Below are positions 49,901 through 59,300 of a stretch of DNA of 64,000 nt, in pieces. The notes under the pieces are model-generated. The model ran no database searches, was not told the DNA's origin, and was given only the letters and a program-made list of their open reading frames with translations. How positions within the stretch are numbered: position 1 is the first letter of the stretch; each line of letters starts with the position of its first letter. The position numbers and the translations under genes are program-made. This DNA comes from Bdellovibrionales bacterium (GTDB taxonomy: Bacteria; Bdellovibrionota; UBA1018; CAIMNF01): the NCBI GenBank assembly GCA_947462765.1, contig CANHQK010000004.1:11206-75205 (forward strand), given 5' to 3'.

Positions 49901-52900
49901 ACAGGTGCATCAACGTATCAGGGGCCACAACATGTGGGAGGTGGCTGTCAGGAATTTCAGCGGTGATAGCACCATCGCAAATCTGGCTTCAAACAATTTG
50001 TCATCTGGTTTGACGATCGGATCCCCCGTGAATGCGGCGAAGGTCCGCCGGTCGGCACTAAATGAGTTCATTTCCATGGATGGGGCAACCGCTCCAACGG
50101 GTGGCTCTCGGCCTCAAATGGACCTGAATCGAGATGGATACGGAGACGTAGTCGTCGGCAGCAGACTCAGTCCCAATACTTCCATCGGACGATCAACCCT
50201 GTCCATTCATTACGGGAATTTCGCCGGTGACTTCTCCTACGCCTATGGCCGTTACCTCAATGACCCGTCTTCCTCACCCTCGACAAGCAACTCCTCGTGC
50301 TTGGCGCAACGTGGCTCATCCATCACCACGCCCGGTCCTTCAGCGAACAATGCCTCGCTCACTAACGCTGCAACTGCCTTCTCCACCTTCCAAGCCCAAT
50401 CCAAAGTGGTTTTTGACTCGAAGACCATGACGGTTTCGGCCGAGTTCCCGAACCTACGGCTACCGAGCAATGCCGGCATCGTTTATTTTGTTGATGGAAC
50501 AGACGCAACGACCTCCGTCACAAGCCGTAACGGCGCCTCAACGGCAGGTTCATCTTGTAAACCGCAGATTAGGACTTTGTTGGGGTATCAGCCATCATCC
50601 CTGGCATCGGCGGACGTCAATGGTGATGGGATGTCCGACATGGTTGCTGGCTATGCCGAATCGAACGGTCGCCAAGGCTCAACCTCCGTCCTTTACGGAA
50701 ACCCCTTCAATGGTGTAGGCGCCGAGGGTGTGATCAACACCTCTTCTCCGCAAGCACTCTTCGGCTCATCCGTAGCCGCTTCCTCATGGAAGTTCCTTCT
50801 GGGCACAAACGAAAGACGTAATCACGAGCACCTGCGCCGGGACGTCTGGGTGGGTGCCCGTGGGCGTAATTCCGGTGAAGGGGCTGTATTCGCCCATTCT
50901 TCTTCAAGCACCATTACTGCTGATGTCCCACTCAACACAGCCGTGGCGGGCTCGGAAAATCCATTTACCGACAGTTCCAACTCACCCAATCGTCTTTATG
51001 CGGAAACTTCCCGCATCATTGGTGACATCAATGGGGATGGATTTGACGAAATCTTGGTTCCAGTCAAAAGAGTGGATCTGAATGGTGCCGAATATTTTGA
51101 CGGAATGATCTATTTCGGCTCATCCATGGGTCCTGTCACCAACTCCTTTTGCAGAGCTAGAATATCCGAAATGAGGACCCAACCCACGAATGGCCAGACT
51201 CTTTCTGCAAGTGAGTGTTTTGGTTCAGTCGGTGGCTCAATCTCGGCGTATATAAATGGGACTCTACTGCGTCTGCCACAGTATTTGGAAAGGCCTACCG
51301 GGGTTGGCCCGAATTGGATTCGTCACAGCTTCCGGGCTGGTGATGTCAACAAAGACGGCCGTGAGGATCTGGTATTGTACGACCAAGGCACCTCATACAA
51401 CCAACTCTACCTGTTCTTCGGGTCGGAGTCCGGCATTATCAACGGCGAACCATTGTGGGGAGTCAGTGCCAACCGAAATCCCCAAAAGGTTGCTACCAAT
51501 GTTGCCAGGCCACAATCGGATTATGAGCTCACGACCAATATGGATTGGCAGGATCGTCACTCTAAGGCTGTAGCCTACGGTGATTTCAATGCTGATGGTT
51601 ATGCGGACTTTGCACTCGGGCAGCCCTCAGCTAGCAGTCCAGCCCTTAGTGCGACATCGGCTGACGGTAACGGCAGATGGGACTGCTCGAATACCTACTA
51701 TGATAATAACCTAACCTACACTGGTCTTTGTGAAGGGACCGGGAACGGGTCGGCACTGGATGATTCTGGTCATGTGGTGGTATTTTACGGGAGTAGTGGC
51801 GGTTACCAGACCCCCTCCCGCTTGGCGACGCCGATTGACGCCCAGGCCCCAGCGACCTGTGGCGATTATCTCACGGGCTGCACAAGTGCTGCAAACTCTC
51901 CGTTTCGTGAGGTTTACGGAAGCTTGTATTTCAGTAACTCGACCTATCGCCTCCGATGGAGCGAGACCGGCACACCCGCTGCCGACGAGGGCGAGGCAAC
52001 ATGTAATCCAGACGCTGAGTTGAACAATGGACCAAGAAACTGTGGTAGCAGAGCCACCGTAATCCGTAGTCCGTTTTTTCACAACTTCGCCGGGGGCGCG
52101 CTCTACCTGAGGGACCAGTTCTTTGGTACCAGCCTCGCGGCAGGGGATTTCAATGGAGATGGCATCACAGATCTTGCCGTCGGAGCCCCTCGCCACCAGC
52201 TGGATCGGTTCGACCTCCCAGGATGGGCGAACGAGATATCGCTGTATGGATTGACCTCCGGCGGTGGACAAGACACCTCTCAACGGGGTTCTGTATTCTT
52301 GTACTACGGATCAAGAGGGGGTGTGGTAGCTCCCCGCGCCCAGGACTACTATGGTGATACCGGAATGGGACTGAGTGGTGCCAACCTGACTCCGGTAGGA
52401 TCCCGTGGCCTGTTTGCACTTTCTCCCGAGCCTTGGAATTCTTCCAGCGGAGTCACCCAGCCCACGCTTGATGGTACTGGGTCAGGGCGCAAATTCGGCA
52501 TGAACATGGCTGTAGGTGATTTCAACGGGGACTCACTCCACGACCTGGTGGTGAATTCATCGCGCGGCCAACTCTATGTGTACTACGGTCCTCTGTGCAA
52601 TGTGGACAACTCGCGCGCCTATGTCCGAGCCATGTATGCAAATGCGGGCCTCAGTATGCCAGCATTCAACGAGCCTGGGACTCCCGTATTGTCTGATCCG
52701 GGGCCGTGCCCAACCTTTAACCTAAACAACTACACCAATCGGGCATCGATAGCCGTAGAGAATCGTACCAAAAGACAAATTCCACAGACGATCGCCCTTC
52801 CTGGCATTAACCCCAACCTCGATATGAAATTCGGAAGTGTCTTGTTAGCAAGTCTTCCATCCAAGGGGGGCAATATAAACGGAGATCCGGGAATTCAGCC

Positions 52901-53324
52901 TGGTGATGCAGTGTCAGGCACCTCGGACCTGATCGTGGGTGGCGGTGGGCCCGATGCTCATGACACAAAAATCCCTCGAGTGGGGGGACGCCGGAGCGGC
53001 ATCGGGTTCATTTTATTCGGACACTCCTCGGGAGGGGCACTCAACTCAAGACCGGGGCTTTTTGCATCAGCTCCGGCCGACTACAACTCGACAATCTTCT
53101 CGTCCACTTCCGGAAACCAGACCCGGCTTCATTTTTCTCCTTTGGCTCTCAGGCCCTATGAGGCGAATGGATCGGTGGGTATCTTTTTCTTGAACAATGT
53201 CAGTTTAGGGGATTTGAACGGGGATAAAACCGGGGACCTGCTGATGCCGACTGTCGATATCGATTATTCGGGACATCAAGCCACACCGGTCATCTCCGGA
53301 GGCGGATTTAAACTGATGTACTGA
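46911..53324 (+). CDS. Giant surface lipoprotein 2 (~2137 aa) with ten or more FG-GAP-like repeats
   Basis: Lipobox LLPLLASCSDG. Motifs GDFDCDGNPDLAVG, RDFNADGYGDVAVS, LNRDGYGDVVVG, ADVNGDGMSDMVAG, GDINGDGFDEILVP, GDVNKDGREDLVLY, GDFNADGYADFALG, GDFNGDGITDLAVG, GDFNGDSLHDLVVN and GDLNGDKTGDLLMP. ATG at 46911 with SD AGGGGGAG, overlapping the end of gene 1 by 14 nt. Ends ...KLMY. Confidence 0.8.
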   Translation: MFYRKTSARRLTILLLPLLASCSDGLLGGNITAQFAGINKATVMGPTSVSIDWKLDSKCSSYEIYALTASTTSRLRLASVPPVILNAQEDQIQSETSYSFAVGCNREGKLTGLDVSTNVSTWREFDGVISNPESLEGGAFRFTWDYPQDQGTRYLVYAIESLIPGAPTQLTRKNSSNFRIGYQDEPICTTFNNRITLGPGGECNPGPSKLKPGSLYQFHVVAQYPDNNYSNNLASNAKSKLIDPSFEAPNCNLTQLGLGPEAGSTYLYLRCSDNGAANSCGFNNITARAYQGIGGVRNPISGELTLNSSQSNILQIQATPGLDPTNERLVKNLEVEYTCRRPGQPIERMVVRYDNSNGRREPLMKYGNSGPGRNYETAPEQSVWSDPRSANPTLLSPSRMGESLAVGDFDCDGNPDLAVGLPNITYNQAPYFNENPSSGAVKIYYNYSTSANGTITAANGIQMLTFGDLLTGSRFGASLSAGNINKDVAKSVVDNFESYYSCDDLIIGAPGNANESLGRAFIFYGQRQRFPNYPVKAADLPKNSPTCSSSSLIQQNCTPVELITSDYAEKFRVHPDTHNINNTTWWGNRGYFGHSVAYLRDFNADGYGDVAVSDPNCSWDGYETYNGFGFTNNGGNSILDVGCVYVYFGGKEGIQTVDVGVPVHPNLEQFFPGNMVSSPYIKVYPPFIQAGMHFGTSIAAGGDIDGRLPVPIPVSQSQIALANGYDFVVGAPDFSYASPVSNSGGQLPATQSMNYLALNVEDPYVRQADANYSTTTTSRKNTPPINGAWTNQQWSAGAAPLPPAGDNATSGLRNSTGIVFAYFGRSALQDYNVTVNAGANWFPEGNGAGTISLPGGNNFKSLLDLFSGSIRDRQGHRGHLALASYGASDLAQIRPTRSFFNCGTRGAPTLPANHPTHGQRIHHYSCLAGRNNFSAIFPHIKHSDPAVSGFGSSLSIAGTEDSNLIAQYHLSEFLGSSSFAETSAENGVLQLIYNAQGQVHQRIRGHNMWEVAVRNFSGDSTIANLASNNLSSGLTIGSPVNAAKVRRSALNEFISMDGATAPTGGSRPQMDLNRDGYGDVVVGSRLSPNTSIGRSTLSIHYGNFAGDFSYAYGRYLNDPSSSPSTSNSSCLAQRGSSITTPGPSANNASLTNAATAFSTFQAQSKVVFDSKTMTVSAEFPNLRLPSNAGIVYFVDGTDATTSVTSRNGASTAGSSCKPQIRTLLGYQPSSLASADVNGDGMSDMVAGYAESNGRQGSTSVLYGNPFNGVGAEGVINTSSPQALFGSSVAASSWKFLLGTNERRNHEHLRRDVWVGARGRNSGEGAVFAHSSSSTITADVPLNTAVAGSENPFTDSSNSPNRLYAETSRIIGDINGDGFDEILVPVKRVDLNGAEYFDGMIYFGSSMGPVTNSFCRARISEMRTQPTNGQTLSASECFGSVGGSISAYINGTLLRLPQYLERPTGVGPNWIRHSFRAGDVNKDGREDLVLYDQGTSYNQLYLFFGSESGIINGEPLWGVSANRNPQKVATNVARPQSDYELTTNMDWQDRHSKAVAYGDFNADGYADFALGQPSASSPALSATSADGNGRWDCSNTYYDNNLTYTGLCEGTGNGSALDDSGHVVVFYGSSGGYQTPSRLATPIDAQAPATCGDYLTGCTSAANSPFREVYGSLYFSNSTYRLRWSETGTPAADEGEATCNPDAELNNGPRNCGSRATVIRSPFFHNFAGGALYLRDQFFGTSLAAGDFNGDGITDLAVGAPRHQLDRFDLPGWANEISLYGLTSGGGQDTSQRGSVFLYYGSRGGVVAPRAQDYYGDTGMGLSGANLTPVGSRGLFALSPEPWNSSSGVTQPTLDGTGSGRKFGMNMAVGDFNGDSLHDLVVNSSRGQLYVYYGPLCNVDNSRAYVRAMYANAGLSMPAFNEPGTPVLSDPGPCPTFNLNNYTNRASIAVENRTKRQIPQTIALPGINPNLDMKFGSVLLASLPSKGGNINGDPGIQPGDAVSGTSDLIVGGGGPDAHDTKIPRVGGRRSGIGFILFGHSSGGALNSRPGLFASAPADYNSTIFSSTSGNQTRLHFSPLALRPYEANGSVGIFFLNNVSLGDLNGDKTGDLLMPTVDIDYSGHQATPVISGGGFKLMY

Positions 53325-53353
53325 CTGAATCAGGACGAAAGGGAAGAGGGGGG

Positions 53354-56300
53354 GTGAAACGCTTGAAGATGTCGTGGCTATCTGCACTGCGCGTGGGCGC
53401 GATCTCACTTCTTCTGGGTTCGTGTACCGGGGGCGAAAACGCTCTTCCCAATCGGGCCGGGGGAATTCGGATCGCTCCGGGGGAACGCGTACACGTGGAC
53501 CTCCAGGACATTGTCGCCCTGAACCCGCGTCGATACAATGTCGTACTGAAAACCGTAGGCCCGGACTATCTTCCTAAAGGGGACATTTTGGATCTAACCG
53601 CCGCAGCCAAGGCGGCACTGGCAAGTGGATCCACCCGATTTACTTTCACGCTCCCCAAAAACACCACGACTCCTAAACCCTTCCTTCTGGCCGTTGATAT
53701 CCCCGACCTCAACATCAATGACTCTCTTGTTGATGTGGTTTTTTCGGGTAACTCATTCGTAAGGCCCGGAATTGCTTCGCGTTTGGCTTTTGATCTGCTG
53801 GATTCTTACAACACGACACAGAATCCAAAACCAATTCAGGCCTACAGTGAAGCGGAATTCACTGCCATTCGGGGAATTATTCAATCCCGCATCGATGCTT
53901 TGATGTCTCAATCTGAAAAGCTCAGCTTTTCAGTTCTTCCTTATCTCAAACTCATGACTTTTTTTCGGAACGGACTGGCCTACAACCCCTGGGTGTTGAG
54001 CGCTGTCCGCGATTTCGGAGTCAATTTCACCTTCACGGAATCCACCTACCCGGGGATTGTCGCCGAAGACACCATCGAAAACTCGCTGAATACCTGCACA
54101 CGCGAAATTTGCTTCAAACTTGCCCGCGACTTTAAAATCAATTCTGAGAATGCACCGGTTGCGCCCTTCAAAGCCCGAGCCAATGTGGCCACTGAGGTCC
54201 CGGTCGGCCAGGCCATACCGATGCCCGGCAAGAACATTGCCGTGAGCGAAGGCATGTGTGGCATCTCCGGATGCTCTCCCCGTTTGAGCGTCGTCGTTAA
54301 GCCTTTCGACCCCGAAGGAGACCATATAGAAAAGCTCCTCTGGGTAAAATATCGACCCAGGCAACTTCCTCCGTCCATGAGGAACCGCCCGACCTTCGAC
54401 CCACTTAAGGAGCCGATTGAAAAATCCACGGCTCTCAAGTCCGACTCGTTTGGAAAATACCTGCCCGTTACGGACATCAGCCTTGATGAGCCGGACCGTT
54501 ATGAGCTATATGAAATCAGCCATGATGAAGCCCTCTTGAAGCGCAACTATCCCGATAGCGTTTGTGCAGAGAGCGGCGCCCCAGTATTCAACGACCAGTG
54601 TCACACGGCCTATCGCGATGTTTTTGCCATGTACACCGACGGCATGGTCTGGGTCCCCTACCGGTGGAACTTTGTATACAATGACACCAACCGCAAACCG
54701 GAATTCATCAGGAACGCACAAAACGAGATCAACAGTACCCTGTACGACGAGGCCATCCAGTCGGGCTTCCCCAACCCCGAGTCCGATGTTCCGGGTGTTC
54801 CGGGGTGGAAACTCCACAATTCCCATTGCGAAAACAACCCGAACGCCACCCCCACTCCAGCCGCTCCTCCATCTGCACAGCCGAGCGGGACCCCGATCAT
54901 CAACTACTACACCCGGATCCAGGATAAGAAGGACGGCCCTTGGAGCTGTGCTTTTTTGGCTTTCGATCCCGACATTGATCAAGACCCCAACGGTGCCCCG
55001 GACCAGTTCTACTTCAAAGTGACCGGCAGAACCATGCAGACCAAGATCCGTTTGGGTGGGCAGATCACGGCTTCGAGCCCGGGGGTGCCGTCAACATTTA
55101 CTCAGATGCCGATGCCCTTTTGGCCTCCACCACCGCCCCCAGCCACACCTCGCCCTCCCCAGCAGGCGCCCATGGAGTTGCTGAGCTGCCCCGCTGGCCA
55201 CACCCGATGCGGTGCTGCGATTGCCCAAGTCACCGTCGATAATGCCGTGAAAGAACAGACCCCGGAGGTTTCGTTCGACATAGAAGTGTTTGATCGCGCC
55301 GAAAACGGGATGTTTTCAATGGCTACCGCACAGAGAGGGGTGATGTTTTCCCCCAAACCGCCACTGTTGATCAACTTCTCAGACCCGCCAACGACCCGCG
55401 AATCATTCAATACGATCACCAATTATTTCCCTGAACCCAATGGTCAGGCTGAGCCGATGCGCCTCAGGTTCGACGCTTACCTGGATGAGATTTTAGCTCA
55501 GGCATTGCCCGTTAACAATTCTTACGAAGCCATCGGTTTTGATACGAGCATGCTTGGGAATACCAACCGAGCGAACTTTAGAATTCAGTCACTAGAGCCT
55601 GGCTTAATTGACTTCAACATGAGTCCTTATCTGACCCAACCTAGATCACTCTGTTCGAGCGCTAGCCCGACAGACAACGGCACCCAATGTCGCGGAACCT
55701 TTAATGTGGGGACAGCGACCATCAATGGGGAATTGCGAGTGATCCAAGGTTCGCCAGGAACCTCCGTGAGGATGGGCAACTCCCTGCGCTTTGCAGACTC
55801 CGGAAACTATTCATTTCCCCGTGAGTATGACTTTTCTTGCTTCACCAACTCCGGACCGGGGTGGAATCAGACTCCCGTGTCAACCGCTACAGGTCGGAAT
55901 ACCTCAGGGGGCTGGGCATTCGAGATCAACTTCATTGACTTTGACAACGTCAACTTAAATCCTGACGAACCGCCTGAAGTCATGTACCTGAGTCCCCAAA
56001 ACAATGTCCGTCATTCGGACTCGTTATTCTACTGTAATGCGCCTGCCCCGAATATGGACTCTCCCATTTTGGGGCATGTTTACACTGCAACCAATGCTGC
56101 GGGCACCAACGCCAAAGACCCGGATCAGTGCCTATCTCTTGCCCCCCTTCAGGGCAAGATCACCCTTCAACCCGTACCTGTTCTTTATGAAGGCACAGAA
56201 ACCCTTGGCGCTGCCCCATCGATCAGAAAATTAGTGTATCACCGGATCCGTGGCATCTGGAGGCCCAAGGATCAAGGCCTAGAGGGCAAAACGGACAACC

Positions 56301-59300
56301 AAGATCCCCGAGGACTGATCCAGAATGCATTGACACGCTTCAAGGTTTTCGGGCGCTTACATGACCTCGGTCTTGAGAACAAAGACTTTGACCGCTCCGA
56401 GCCAATTGTTTTTCAGTACGGGCGAAACATCCCTCGCCCCCTCCAATTTCTGGCTCAAAAGCGCGAGATGGCGCCCTGCTTGGCCGGAAACGCGATCAGT
56501 AACTCGACCCAACAACTGAGCAGCAGCAACCCAAACGGAACGGAGATCCGTTTTGCAATCCAGGACGAGAACAAGACCAACTCGACTGTACAAACCTTTG
56601 CGGGTTCAGTGAGAGGATACGATGAGGCCCAACTGGAAGTCCTCGGAAGCCGAACGCTCGGGGACTCCGAGTTGCTGAAGTTCATTCCCTACCTCTCCAA
56701 CTGCACAGTTTCCGAACCCGCACCACCATCAATGACTGTGAATGTGACCCATCGGTGGACTGCCGTGCCGGGAGCGAATGGATACATCGTTGATGTGGTT
56801 TACCCCGGTGGGAGCCAGATGGGGAACATCGTGGCTTCAACGAGCCATACTGCAACCAATCTGCCAGCTTTTCGGGATGTGGACTTTATCGTTCATCCCA
56901 CATTTCCAAATCCAACTCCTCCACTCCCATCTCAAACTCCGACTCCGAATCCAATTCAAACCACTTACCAGACATACGCTTTGGCTCCGGCAACCAGCAC
57001 AACCACTCCCACCTTGCCCCGTCCGGCGGTGTGGAGCGTTTCCAATCCGGACTTGGTTTCAAGTCCATTTATTCGCCTGAGAGCCGCATACGATGCCCCG
57101 ATCTCGGCCAATCCGTTTTGCTTGAAATCCAACACCTTGCCCTTGACCGGGGCTGGGGGCGCTGCATTCGACGGGGTTTGGCGCGTGGCTCGAACCGATA
57201 CGACGACAACTGACCGACTGAAATTGGCTTCTATCATCTTTTCAAACTGCACAGATCAACCCAACGTTCTGTTGCATGCTGACGCAAAAGCGCTTTACTT
57301 TGCCGTGAAAAGATCGGCCAACCCGGCCTGTAATGTCCCGGTTGGGCAACAGGTATTGGACCAGAACCTGGATTGGAGGAACCCAGACAATAGCCCGGCT
57401 ACACCAGGCCGACTGATGGTGCACTCGGTCTGGGCTCTTGATCCAACCTCCGCGGAGTTCGGATCACTGAGCCTTCCTGTGGCATTGACCTCCGCCAACT
57501 ACTTTTTCGACCTCTTCCCGTCTCTCTTTGGTCGAACCACTGGATTACCAAATTTTGTCACCGCCGCACACTACAACGAGCAAAATCGGCTGTTGTTTTT
57601 CGTGCGCCCGTTGAATCAATTCATTTATAACAATGTTTTTCAGTCCATCTCCGGCTACGGTCGCAACACTTACGCCGGCGCCTGGAACCCCACTGAAATC
57701 GGGGCCACCGCGATCAGTAATCAGCTATTAGCCGGCCCTCCCGATCTCGAGAGCCGCTTGCCCCTCACTAATAACACGGAATACGCTGCCTTCTCCCGCA
57801 TGCCTCACCTACCGATCAATGCCGGAGGAACTTACGATGTATCCATTTCCTACGGGGATGTAGACGCGCAGATCAACAAGTTGGTCACCCCCGGTACCTT
57901 GAACTCAGGAAGCCTGGTTTCCGGCGATCCCGATACCTACTTCCGGATGGAGAGCTCAAACCAGGTCCTGGCGATCTACGCTAAGCCGCTTCCCTCCTCT
58001 TCTTCCTCGCCGAGAACCATATCGATTCCCGTGCAGGCCCTCGACCAATACGATGAAGCCAACCCGAAGGTCGAGGACGATCCCTACGATGTGATCACGT
58101 ACGGAATTTCGACAATCGGCCCATCGAGTTCACCCGTTCCCCAAGAAATACCTAGTTTGTCTGGCTTCGGCACACGGGGAGCGAACTGCAGTTCAGGACC
58201 CAGCACCTATCCGACAACGATCTCGACCCGCAATTTGGTCAGCCTGCAGGACTTCAAGCGTTGCATTCTCCAGTGGCGGATTTTTCCACAGGATGCGGGT
58301 AAGGAGTTTTCATTTAATCTGGTCGCTCAAGACAACCTCGGGGCGACTCCTAGTGTTCCCGGGGTCGGCGGGTCTGGAAACCAGAACGGCCCCAGCAGAA
58401 ATTTCACAGTTAGAATCTTTAGCCTGGAACAAAATCAGAAGCCGTTTTTCACATCGACACCGGGATCCACAACCGCCCTTTCCTCCGCCAGCTACAATGG
58501 TGGGACCTCGGTCAGCTCCTGGAATCAGGTCTTCACCACCGCCGGCGGGGCGAGCCAGGCCGGAGTACAGCCGACGTGCATTCCCGGATCCACCTCTCTT
58601 CCTTACTCTTGCGTTCTGTCGCCACCCGCGTCAGCGACGCTTGCGGTTGGGACCGGAGATGTGTTGATTAACTCGACTCCCATTGAATTCGATGAATCCG
58701 CCCTGGTCGGGCAAGTATCGCCCGAGTACGAGATCCAGGTCCACGCCAAGGACACTGCATCCCTCGATCCGCTCAAGAATATCATCGTAGACTCCAGCCG
58801 GCCCACCAGGGGTGTGTTAATTGCGGGGGGGGCCAACAAAGGGGCGACCTACTTGATGCCTTCTTGGACGAGCCTGAGCGTCACAGAAAGTGGCGCTTCG
58901 GATTATGACGTTAATTCGGACGGAACGAACGATACTCGAGGAAAGACCTTTACGATCAGGTGGCGCCCGAGAGACGAGGAGGCGAGATTTCTTTCAAACT
59001 CCGAGGGGTTCCTGATTCCATTCAACCTCACGGACAGTCCTTATGTTCCGGGCGGGAGCGGAGCCCCGGCAGGGTTCCAGATCAGCGCCGAACGCGTCAC
59101 GGCTTGGGTTTGGGTCAGGCTGAGAGTGAGGAATCATGCGCCTCTTGTATCTTATTTTGTCAACCCCGGTGCCAATCCCAATGCCTCCGACTGGAAGTCG
59201 CTGAACTCGGGTGAAACCATCGAGGTGGTCGCCGGCAAGTCCGCAACCGTGAGGGTTCGTGTCGTGGATGCTGACCATGCCCGGGTCTGGGCACCCAATG

